Shown piece by piece: positions 10,501-20,000 of a stretch of 51,559 bases of DNA. The DNA comes from a virus. Lineage: Duplodnaviria > Caudoviricetes. Positions within the stretch are counted from its first letter, which is position 1. Each line of letters begins with the position of its first letter. The notes under the pieces were generated by a model. That model was given only the letters and a program-made list of their open reading frames with translations. It ran no database searches and was not told the origin of the DNA. The DNA lies in IMG/VR virus record IMGVR_UViG_3300021963_000176, positions 1 to 51,559 of that record. The stretch is one strand, 5' to 3'. A program made the position numbers and the translations under genes.

Positions 10501-12448
10501 AATTTCAAATGGTGTTGAAGGAGAAGTCCCTCAAACTATAATTGCATTTAATAGAGCAAGAGATTTAATGAAACTTGCTTTGACAAATCAATTAACAGTA
10601 AAAGATTTAACAATCATTCCAGATTTTATACCTGCATCTGGAGTATTGGATAGTGGTGATTTAATTAATGCTGAAGTAAGAAAAGGTTCTTTTGATATTA
10701 ATAATGGCCAGATTATGTTTGAAGAGCCACCTGGCGAAGGTTCTACTTTCTATTCTGCATCTTATAAATTTACAAGTCCTGCTGACCAATCAAGGTACGT
10801 TTATAAAGTAAAAACAATATTATTTGATGGAAATACAAATTCTTTTGATCTTTATAAAGAAAATGGTACTGCATTGACCACTGAAGCAGATGAAAATCTT
10901 TTAGTATTCATTGACGGTGTTCTTCAATTCTATGATGAAACCTACACTATTGATAGGACAGTATCTCCAAATAGAATTAATTTTACTTTCACTCCAGAAA
11001 AAGAGAGAAAGTTCTATGCATATTCATTTGGTAAGTATAAGTATCTTGATAGTATTAATAATTTGATTGATGGTTCACAAACTGTTTTCAATCTGCAATA
11101 TAATAGTGATAATTATAAAATTGGAGTTCCAGATAGATTATTAGTTCTCTTAGATGGAGTTCCTCAACTTTACGGTGATTCTTATACCATTAATGAAAGT
11201 GTCATTTTCTTTAACGAACCTCCCCAAGCAAATAAAAATTGCAAGATGCTTTTCTTCTATGGAAAATCATTCGACAAAACTTTATCAATTTATGATGGAA
11301 AAGTTTTTGACCCAATTTACACAATTGGTGATGTAACTCCTGATGGTTGTCAGGTTTGGACTAAAAATCAAACTTCATACTCATATATCGAACCAGGAGA
11401 TAGAATTGCTATTGAGGGCGAGACTCCAAAAGAATTGATTGAAATTAGATCCCAATTTGTCAAGTATTCTGATATGCTTCAGTATATTTGCCTCATCTTT
11501 GATGATAATTCTTATGTTAGAGGTAAAAATGCTGTTGCTGCAGCAGTTATTTCTGGATCTACAAGTGGTGTTACATCAGTAACTCTTCTAAATGGTGGTT
11601 TTGATTATGATACTGCCCCCATTATTGTTTTTAGAAATTCTTGTGATAATCCAGGTTCTGGTGCAAAAGCTGAACCTGTAATGAGAAATGGTTCAGTAAT
11701 TGATATTAATGTCCTTAATCCTGGATCTGGTTATACTTCTGCACCTGAAGTAATTTTTGCTAAAAAATATGAAATTATTAGACAAAAATATCCAGTTTAC
11801 ACTAGAGACAATGTTGAGGTGTCTTATACTCCTCCTGCATATCAAACAGGTAATTTATTATCAATTAATAGTACTATTTCCTCAACAGTTAGTGGAACTG
11901 TAGCAGAGAGAGATATAACAGTTCCTACTATTAGTGTTCTGATGAATACTATTAGTACACCAGTAGTAGTAATGCAAAATCCTGAAACTGATAATATCGG
12001 CAATTCACTTGGAATTTTTGAACATAATGCATTTGGATACGAACCATTGAATGTCAATGGAGATAATCCTTCTATCTTAGGAAGCAATACTAATCTTGAA
12101 ACATTTATTAGACTGTATCCTAATCTAACTATTAGTGATTTTGTCAACAGAAGTAATCAAACTACTGGTGTGAATGAGTTTAATGAATTTAATCTTGGAT
12201 TGGAAACATATATTACTGTTGGCGCATCATTAGCAAGTGGAATTACTGATACTGATACTGAAATCGTTGTTTCTGGAAACACAAATTATTTCCCAACAGT
12301 ATCTGGTTATGTACTATTTGGTAATGAAATTGCTCAATATACGACTATTTCTGGTCAAACATTGTTGAATGTTGCTCGTGGTCTTAATACTACAACAGCA
12401 TCTGGACACAGTGTAGGGGAATATTTCAACATTGCTTGGCGAGGGTAA
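4529..12448 (+). CDS. gp7: Baseplate wedge initiator gp7, expanded cyanophage form, 2639 aa, with inserted YHYH-like, Ig-like and helical domains
   Basis: N-terminal IEEQLPSFI.EEFP.F..F...YY; IKDFYSYKGT..SI.FLF..IF.E; ITDSYYYQDYSYVV...HPLGFKLFGEV; lies between gp6 and gp8. Confidence 0.85.
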   Translation: MSSDKLNISTFIEEQLPSFIKEEFPRFSNFFTSYYKSLEISGGVLDIANNILDYVNFDSLTKENLISETNLTSGVTSSGTTISVNSVKGFPEKEGIILVDREIIFYKEVNKTTNQFLNCVRGYSATTVLSDLGTTVTNSVAALHTNGSTVKNLSNLILFAFIKNYQNQYLDGFPYTQLDSDIDQVTLLENIKDFYSYKGTTTSIQFLFQSIFAEEVEVFFPRETLLKASTSNWTVDDIIKVEAISGNPGDLVGYQIFQTDIAGTPSVSSILEPVLVNSISNAGTIFELNLNILERQNFIVPSNTILRKQLLPSDNTILVDSTIGFPQEQGIIKINNEYITYRYKSFNQFFDCVRGTFDTVASSHPIESNVSTTEYLYGYKNGIVDDANIVKLKLIGVMSSATIEDGSSYYETNENIELTPNGVIDLRKQFTEWIFNETGLTASSSNSIINDAIRNISTNVSAVYKTNDYAYIASTGLPSHAIGPFRGVTGNPGNQLLLRNIPLETERLTQAQPVGQKATGIFVNGVESYSCIDTTSEIFGSIESITITNGGQGFLTGVNPVFRLTGGGGSGATFSGVTTNGQVTSVAVVNGGTGYTSNPTIEIAYGFDATATILNETDIIGGSIKTITITNPGNNYVVPPDVIIRDITGRGRGAFATATISGGTVTGITILNGGVDYNDKNNIIVSLISKGTGVVATANVRRWRYNRVFRLLNERSLPSDPWQPVTSPKVDFSNGYLYEGLDIQRGLEYAYALNPKLLRYELNDNVEGVSSAYQEVSSGFVHSPIIGWAYDGSPIYGPYGYTSPLSSSSGISRMTSSYSLVSTPVSGRPSVINYPLGSFIDDYEFVNGSGTLDQHNGRFCVTPEYPDGIYAYFITVDQFGNGVYPYIIGNTYKYVPSISNFDVSSIQTETNLPLQSKRIRTPLMPTTGFDTRLFVNAVDRGSVDSYEVYDSEPHFKVNDYLYLDNTDTEGSGLIAKVNKILGVTVSSVTYSVVSGFTASGITITSGVTQFPYPTAITCPGVTIPYEAYVTTVVPHGLSIDEQVVVNMTARNIPLTTTYKVKVSDYQTITYNDPLVGSTLATDVTFTATVISVNNITSFRVNDYIRINSEIMRITAITGTLSGNLTVQRAQLGTTLGLHNSTQSVLRYLPDEEFPYLLSIGQTITDGSATGTIYALNKQDKTIELKVSNGNFVNTSIISDGNSPVRRIAINTITEKKAYWEIDPTNTGNYFVRNLDFELIKGTRYLFDVSDSSNTGYSLVFSEDFGNINQINFATVSGVPGNTGAVIIFDENILSDLDISRLYYYELRNRVVNGRNKFDVKNNYFSGPKDITIIDDHTFKYSINGQPEERVVNNINYETTSESALGKIVSIENIDGGFGFKKLPTVIGVTHKEVDAVRLAFTLSSGGGFDTVSILNSGTRYTNDVELRISTSTGSGAVLSPVIVDGRVQSVTITSPGRGYKVFDKIVAIDKSATIFPKSDSIGKIKTIRFNNYGNRLSVDRTLAKELKFDVKIIVTNLNIPYRIGEILNYPSNVSFEVKRIDKIGNNSYLLKLNLLTGNLDSLKINTLLTGTVNFSTSIIKDIKYATVYGNVTGYIPRFGYFDDDLGKISSSSQKITDSYYYQDYSYVVRTTKSLRSYRKQLNKSTHPLGFKLFGEVSLRDEMNFTASGHTGSVFLPNNPTQNQVIITVSGINVESFISQTRRSVNIINQSILPKIPGVGSALVNVSNNDVDVRRISDLSSQFNGTNKVFNLTTIDGAPTSDMEEYSNLVVLNQIIQEPIETKDISSISYYGGSATITTSEPHGYSYTLSGETYPVSRYVSISGVTLTGVPYIFNDRFQIYDVLSSNTFTILFENEVGITTNNDPRTCADVRSTVDNLVGIITNALSLADIGSPVTLPTENNGVWAVTSGNSEIIAANRHRDGANLITANRTEIITDAYSVISGFTGNPDPAKCVRDIGHIVDAVVQDMYTGGNSNILNATRAYFTPSGTTLISNGVEGEVPQTIIAFNRARDLMKLALTNQLTVKDLTIIPDFIPASGVLDSGDLINAEVRKGSFDINNGQIMFEEPPGEGSTFYSASYKFTSPADQSRYVYKVKTILFDGNTNSFDLYKENGTALTTEADENLLVFIDGVLQFYDETYTIDRTVSPNRINFTFTPEKERKFYAYSFGKYKYLDSINNLIDGSQTVFNLQYNSDNYKIGVPDRLLVLLDGVPQLYGDSYTINESVIFFNEPPQANKNCKMLFFYGKSFDKTLSIYDGKVFDPIYTIGDVTPDGCQVWTKNQTSYSYIEPGDRIAIEGETPKELIEIRSQFVKYSDMLQYICLIFDDNSYVRGKNAVAAAVISGSTSGVTSVTLLNGGFDYDTAPIIVFRNSCDNPGSGAKAEPVMRNGSVIDINVLNPGSGYTSAPEVIFAKKYEIIRQKYPVYTRDNVEVSYTPPAYQTGNLLSINSTISSTVSGTVAERDITVPTISVLMNTISTPVVVMQNPETDNIGNSLGIFEHNAFGYEPLNVNGDNPSILGSNTNLETFIRLYPNLTISDFVNRSNQTTGVNEFNEFNLGLETYITVGASLASGITDTDTEIVVSGNTNYFPTVSGYVLFGNEIAQYTTISGQTLLNVARGLNTTTASGHSVGEYFNIAWRG

Positions 12449-12460
12449 TAAATATAAATA
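12447..12460 (+). promoter_or_regulatory. T4-type late promoter
   Basis: AATAAATA (12447-54) overlapping TATAAATA (12453-60), upstream of gp8. Confidence 0.8.
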
Positions 12461-12489
12461 ACTCAAAGGAAAATTAAGTCTTTAATAAC

Positions 12490-14055
12490 ATGCCAGCTCT
12501 TATTTCTGAACAGTTCAGAATTCATAACGCAAAACAATTTGAAGAAGCATTTAGTGAAGCATCTCCCACTAATATGTACTTCTTTATTGGTCGTCCACAG
12601 GCTTGGGATATTGCTACGGTTTCTGGTGTTACCAGTTATGTTGGTCAATCTTCTGGTAGTCAGCACAGCACTTCTTATCTTGCAACACCAGATGAAAATA
12701 ATCCACCAACTCCAATTGATAATTTCAATTATGAGAAGGAAATTTTCGATGATATGATTTCATTGAAAAAAGTTGATTCTGCTAATGTGAGACTGGTAAT
12801 TCCTCGTTATGACTGGACTTCTGGGCAAACATATTCAATGTATCGCCCTAACTATAGTGCAGACTATAGAGCAAATAGTGCTGGAGAAAACGCGACTAAT
12901 TTATATTCATCAAAGTTTTATGTAGTTCATAACTACAAAGTTTATAAGTGCATTTATAATGGTTCAAGTCCATCTAATGTCAATGGTGTAGCATCCACAG
13001 TAGCACCAACTGGAACTGGCACGGGTATTATTGGACCTCTTGCCGATGGATATATGTGGAAATTTATGTATAGTATTGGTACAGATGACGTTCTGAAGTT
13101 CTATACAAGCACTTATATCCCAACACCAGCAGCGTGGGGAATTGGTTCCTCTGGAGACCCTACAAATGGCGTAGATGTAAAAGCAGCGGCGGTTGATGGT
13201 TCAATCAATACTGTTGTAATTAAGAATGGTGGTAGTGGTTATACTGATAACACTTATACCAATGTTCCTATTAGAGGAGATTATGATCTTAATGGAGGAA
13301 CTCAAGCATTATGTACTTTAGTGGTTTCTGGAGGAACTATTACTTCAGTAACTGTTACAAACGCTGGTTCTGGTTATACCTTTGGTAAGATTAATATCAA
13401 TGTAACTGAAATTTCTGGAATCGGAGCAGGTGGTTCTGGAGCTAATTTAGAAGTTATCATTTCTCCTAATGGGGGACATGGATTTGATGTTTATAAGGAA
13501 CTCGGTGCAAAACGAGTAATGGTTAATGTTCGACTTGAGTATAGTGAAGCAAATGAATTTCCAATTGATACTGAGTTCAGAAGAATTGGTATTCTCAAAG
13601 ACCCTCGTGAATCTTCAGGAATTGCAGCTGCTGGTTCCACATATAATGCTCTTACCGCTATTAAATTCCCTTCAGCAAGTACTACATCATTTTTGATTGA
13701 TGAAATTGTCACTCAAACAACAACGAATGCAACTGGCAAAGTAGTTTCTTGGGATAGTGCCACTAAAATTTTAAAAGTATATCAAAATGAATATGAGCAC
13801 TCTGCAAGTGGTGCTCAAGGTGGATTCCTAAACAAATTTGATGGTGCTAATACTATTCTCGGCGCGACATCAGGAACTTCATTAGCCCCAGACATTGCTT
13901 ATAATCTTTCAGCTCAAAATCTTCAGTTTACTAATGGTTATTCAAGACCTGAAATTAAGAAATATACTGGAGACATTATCTACACAGAAAATAGAAGAAC
14001 AGTCTCTCGCGCAGTAGACCAAATTGAAGATGTAAAACTGGTCGTAGAATTCTAA
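12490..14055 (+). CDS. gp8: Baseplate wedge subunit gp8
   Basis: MPALISEQFRIHNA..F, YFFIGRPQ.W, VIPRYDW..G..Y.MY, YKVYKC, DGYMWKFMY, SP.GGHG, GDIIY.ENR....R..DQ.EDVKLVVEF. Confidence 0.92.
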   Translation: MPALISEQFRIHNAKQFEEAFSEASPTNMYFFIGRPQAWDIATVSGVTSYVGQSSGSQHSTSYLATPDENNPPTPIDNFNYEKEIFDDMISLKKVDSANVRLVIPRYDWTSGQTYSMYRPNYSADYRANSAGENATNLYSSKFYVVHNYKVYKCIYNGSSPSNVNGVASTVAPTGTGTGIIGPLADGYMWKFMYSIGTDDVLKFYTSTYIPTPAAWGIGSSGDPTNGVDVKAAAVDGSINTVVIKNGGSGYTDNTYTNVPIRGDYDLNGGTQALCTLVVSGGTITSVTVTNAGSGYTFGKININVTEISGIGAGGSGANLEVIISPNGGHGFDVYKELGAKRVMVNVRLEYSEANEFPIDTEFRRIGILKDPRESSGIAAAGSTYNALTAIKFPSASTTSFLIDEIVTQTTTNATGKVVSWDSATKILKVYQNEYEHSASGAQGGFLNKFDGANTILGATSGTSLAPDIAYNLSAQNLQFTNGYSRPEIKKYTGDIIYTENRRTVSRAVDQIEDVKLVVEF

Positions 14056-14095
14056 TATATACCTTAGTATAACTAAACTTTTTAGTTAAAAAAAT

Positions 14096-17000
14096 ATGCC
14101 CCAGAATACTAATCTAAATAGGTCGCCATATTTTGACGATTTTGACCCAATAAAAAATTTTTATAGAGTACTTTTTAGACCAGGGTATTCTATTCAATCA
14201 CGAGAGCTTACTAGTCTTCAATCGATTTTACAAAATCAAATTGAACAGTTAAGTAAGTCAAGATTTAAACAAGGTTCTATTGTAGTTCCTGGGGAAATTA
14301 TTTACGATGACCGATATGATTATGTTAAATTAAGTTCATTCACTAATAACTTATTAATTACTGATTATATTGGTACAAGAGTCACTGGTAGTGTCTCTGG
14401 ACTCGTTGCTACCGTTGTAAACGCAACAGCAGCAACTGCTACAGATTCATCTACATTTTTTGTAAAATACGAAAATAGTGGTTCTTCTACTACTGCTACA
14501 AGATTTACTGAGGGAGAAACTCTTACTGCTAATTCTCCTGGAAGTCCAACAGCTATTGTTGGTATTACTGGGACTGCAAGACCCACTAGCACTCCTGCAG
14601 TTGGTTCTGGCTCTGCTGTAACGGTTAATGAAGGTGTTTATTTTATTAATGGCACTTTAGTTAGAACTGATAGGCAAACTGTAATTCTTGATAAGTACGG
14701 TAACACTCCTTCGTATAAAGTTGGATTTGTTGTATCAGAAACACTTGTAACACCAGAAGAAGATTTTTCACTTCTGGATAATGCACAGGGATATTCAAAC
14801 TTCACTGCTCCAGGAGCACATAGACTTAAAATTACTGTTACTCTGGCAAAGAGAACATTAGATTTTCCAGAACAAAGAGATTTCGTTCAACTTCTCCTAA
14901 TTCAAGGTGGAGTTCTTCGTCAAACTGTAGAAACTGCTGATAATACATTATTTGAAGATGTTTTAGCAAGAAGAACTTACGATGAATCTGGAGATTATGT
15001 TGTAAGAGATTTTAATTTAGGTCTTAGAGAACATTTAAATACTGGTTCAAATAATGGCGTATATCTTGATACTGCGGGTGGTGATGCAGGAAAATTCGTC
15101 GCTGAACTGAGTCCTGGTAAAGCATATGTAAGAGGGTATGAAATTGAAACTACATCAACTAGATATGTAGAAATCAATAAAGCAAGAGATGTAGCAACAA
15201 ATTCAAATGTTGCACTATCAATTTTAGATGGACCAAATTTTACTATAAGAAATCTTTACGGATTTCCAGATATTGAAAATATTGCAGGTGGTGGTGTAAT
15301 TACTACTACGAAGTCATTTACTGAAATAAAACTATTTAATAATTTTTCAGATGGAATGTTTGGTGATACTTCATATGGTGATGACATCACTGCTCCATCA
15401 GATGAAAATACTTGGATTATTACTGTAACTGGCGGAGGATTATCTGCTATTGCATCTGCCGCTGCTGGTGGCACCTGGAGTATTGCAGCTGCACCTGGGG
15501 GACCAATTAATGGTGTAATAAAAAACTTTGCTGTAAATTCTGCAAATACTTTTGCAACCTTGGTTGTAACCAAAACTGGAGTTGGTATTTTCAGAGCAGG
15601 TGCCACAGTTTCTATCACAACAACAGCTGGTTCAGTATCTCCAACTCTCCAGACATATGAAAAAATTAGCACTAGTTTTATAGGTACGTCTAAAACTAAG
15701 TATGTAAGATTGTTGAACCCTGGAAGTACAACTTCTAACGTTTTTGATAGTTTATCAACTACTTTTAAACTAGGACTGTTTAATACTAATTACACAACTA
15801 AGATAATCTGCAAAAATGATGTAAACTTCTTTACTGGCGGAACTAATCTAGCAATCGGATATTATGTATTTGGTCAATCAAGTGGTGCAACAGGTATTCT
15901 TGAATCTTATTCAGCAGATACTCGTGAAATAATTTTATCGAATGTAAAAGGTTCCTTTAGACCAGGCGAAACTATTATTACAGAAACGATTGGTACTTCG
16001 ACACCAGTAAACTTCATTGAACCTGAAGGAACCATCGAATACTTTAAGAAAGTTAGTGGTGGGGCAGGATATACTACAGCAAGTGGAGTTACCGTATTCA
16101 TTAATGGTGTAGATAAAACTTCTGTTATCGGAAGTTCAAATATTAATGTTTCTGGTGGTGAAATCAATTCTATTGAATTGACGAATAGTATTAGAGATTC
16201 GTTGGGTTCCTCATATACAACTCCACCAATAGTTACAATTTCTGGTGGAACTGGTACTGGGGCATCATTTGTTGCTATCACTAATAATAGTACAGTTGTA
16301 AACTTTGATTCTTCTTATGCAAGAAGTTTCTTTGGTTCCACTACTGGAAATTATTTTTCTGGAGATATTTCTTCAGTTCAAGATGATTATGTTATTTCTA
16401 ATGGAGATCTTTTCAGCGCAACAGATGGTGATTTGTTCATTAGAGCAGATAACTTAGGTGCAAGACCAGATACAGAATTAGTTTCTGGTGATATTATTAG
16501 AATAGTGAACAATGTAGGAGTTACTAATAAGTATATCGTAAAACAATCAGTTAGGGATAGTGGAACTGCTACTGCAAGAATTTATGTTTATGGTAAAGTA
16601 TTATCTACATTTAGTGCCAAAACAATTACTCGTATTAGAACGAGATTAAATGGTCTGACATCCGATACAAATATCATACCATTTGCTAATAAAAATGTAA
16701 GCACTGCTGTTCTGAATCCTGGTTCAAATACAGATATTAACTATACTATTCAAAAAGAATTCATTGATACTTTAGATGGTTCTGGAAGTAAGACACTGAC
16801 AGTTTTGACAAATGAATCATTTATAAATGACACTTACGTTTTCAGTCTCCTCACATCCAACCCATCTATTCCTGCGATCTCAGCAGGTTCTCTAGTTGAT
16901 ATTTCAAGTAGTGTTACAAATACGGGTTCTGCTCTTACAATTAACTTAGGTGCTTCTTATGCAGGTCTTCAATTTAAATTAATTACAACAGTAAGAAAAA

Positions 17001-20000
17001 CTGACACAACTCCAAAAACTAAAACACTTTTTCTTGATGCAACGCAAAATATTGATTCTGATTTTACTAATGAAATTATCCCCCTTAGATATGCTGATGG
17101 ATATAGACTCAAGGGAGTTTATATGTCAACTACTGGTGCAGCGGCGACTATCAATGATATTAATGTAACTGATAGTTTTACCTTTGATGGAGGTCAAAGA
17201 GAGACATACTATGATCTTGCAAGAATTATCAGAAAACCTGGAGTACCTGTTCCAACAAACAAATTACTTATAGTCTTTGATTATTTTAGACACGTTGGTT
17301 CTGGTGATTATTTTGTAGTTGACTCATATACAAATATTGATTATGGTGATATTCCTACCTTCAATTCTAGTGTTCATGGATTAATTTCACTTTCAGATGT
17401 AGTTGATTTTAGACCTAGAGTTTCAGATTATGATGAAACAAGTGGATCTGTTGTACCTGGATTTGCAAACAGAAGTATAGTCAATTCAGTAGAATTTGAT
17501 GCTACAGGTTCTTCTGCTTCTTCTATCCCACTTTTTGGTCAATCTTTTGATACTGGATATCGTTATTATTTAAACCGAATTGATTCAATCTATATTAATA
17601 AGTCTGGACGTTTTGTAGTTGCATCTGGTACGCCATCATTAAATCCTCAAGTTCCTTCATCGATTGATGATGCTATTCTTCTATACACTTTAAATATTCC
17701 TGCATATACTGCTAATGTCTCTGACATCAAAATTAGAAGTTTTGACAATAGACGTTATACGATGCGCGATATCGGCAAGTTAGTTAAAAGGATTGAAAAA
17801 CTTGAGTATTATACTACTCTCAGTTTACTTGAACAAGATACTTTTAATGCCCAAGTTCGTGATGAAAATGGGAACGAAAGATTTAAGAATGGTATTATTG
17901 TAGATAACTTTGAAGGTCATAATGTAGGTAATACATTATCTACTGACTATGCTTGTTCTGTAGATACTCAAACTGGTATTCTAAGACCAAGTTTTTATGC
18001 ATCACAGACTGAATTAATTGAAAATAATTTAACAGATGCACAAAGGGCAGCAAATGGATATAGAAAAACAGGAGATTTAATCACTCTTCCCTATACCGAG
18101 CAATCGACAATTGTAAATCAATTTGCGACAAGAAATCTCACTATTAATCCAGGAAGAGCATCTAGATATGCTGGTGTGATGACTCTTGAACCAAATATTG
18201 ATGAATGGAGAGATACAGTAACACCACCTGAGTTAATTGTAAATGAAAACTCCGTTTTTGATACCATTAGAAATAATTCTACAGATCTTTGGGGAAGTAT
18301 TTGGAATGATTGGCAATTTGCTTGGACTGGAACACAATCCTATAATCTTACCAATTCCACAACTACTATTTCAAATGGTATCGCTCAATTTGGAGATAAT
18401 ACAACTAATCTTGTTAGAGGTTCTACTAGAACAAGATCGAGAAACGGTACTCAAAACAGATTAACGCCATATGGTTCAGCAGTTAATGCTGTTGGAGAAA
18501 GAGTAGTTGCTAATGTTTATAACCCTTATATTAGAAGTAGAGTTATCTCTTTTGTAGCAAGAGGTCTTGAGCCAAATACAAGATTGTATGCTTTCTTTGA
18601 TGGTATTGATGTAAATAGTTGGATAAGTCCAGATAATGTTAATGGTCCATTAACACCTTTTACTGGAGTCGCAGGATATGCTGAACTAGGATTTGGTGAA
18701 CCTATTACTACTGATGCAAACGGAAATGTTAGTGGTCAATTCTTAGTTCCAAATGGATATGCACCTATTTCTGGTAGAAGAGTTCTAGATTTAACAACTA
18801 GTCCACAAACGTTCTATCAAACATCAGGAGAACAAAGAAGATTTACTGCAGGGTCTAAAGTTCTTAGACTCACCTCAAGTTCTTCAAACACCTCAGACCA
18901 AACTAACGTTAATACGTTTGTTGAGTCAGAATATGTCGTAAGTGGTTCTCCAGAAACAACTTTAGGTAGTGTTCAATCGACTAGAGTTCCTTCTATTAGC
19001 AGAAGGTCAATTTCAAATTCTGATACTGTTCAATTTGTTGGAACTAATCGAGTCAATGTAAATCAATCTGGATTGTTAGATCCAATCGCACAAACTTTTG
19101 AAGTTAGTGGATTTGATGAAGGTTTATTCTTAACTAGTTTAGATTTATATTTTGAAAATAAGACAACATCTTCAGGAACTGATACTGATAGACCAGTTAC
19201 GGTTTATATGACTGAAACCACGGCTGGTGTACCTACAAGAAGAACTTTACCATTTAGTGAAGTTACGTTAAATCCAGATACCGTCCTTAGAATTAGAACT
19301 ACCAATACTGTATCTCCTGCTGTATCGTTTACTGCAGGTGCTACTGTTACAGGAGTTTCTTCTGGGGCAACAGGAGAAATTAAAACAACTCAATTAGTAA
19401 ATGATCCTAATACCAGATATAATTTGGTGTTGAGAAATCATAATGGCATATCATTTATTCCAGGAGAACAACTAACTCTTAATGTTTCTCCTGCTATTAC
19501 ATCAACTCAATTCTTCATTGATTTAGATAGTGGACAAGTAGAAAGTATTAAAATAACTGATTTTGGGAGTGGATATTCTTCAACTGCTGGGGCAGTTACA
19601 GTAACTATTACTGGTGATAATGGAGGAGCATTTGGTACTCCTGCCGCTGCATCGGCCGATGTATATAATGGAAGAGTTTATAATGTTAGAGTAACCAGTA
19701 AAGGAAGTGGTTACTATACAGCACCATCTGTAACTATTGTAGCGACTAGTGGTACAGGTGCAACTGCACAAGCTATTTTGAAAATTACCAATCCAGCTGT
19801 GAAAATGGGTATTGCCGTTTCTACAGATGCTACAGTAAAAACAAGATTTACATTCCCATCTCCTGTTTATCTTGCTAATAACTCAACCTACGCTTTTGTA
19901 GTTTCTAGTACATCACCAGATTACAGAATTTATACTTCAAGAGTCGGTGAAGCACTTCTGGCAAGCACAGTTCTAGCAACTAATCAACCTGGAGTTGGAT

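Noticed and set aside
14070-14088. TAACTAAA/TTTAGTTA inverted repeat before the DUF4815 gene
   Set aside because: AT-rich weak stem with no U-tract in a terminating orientation; may be chance.
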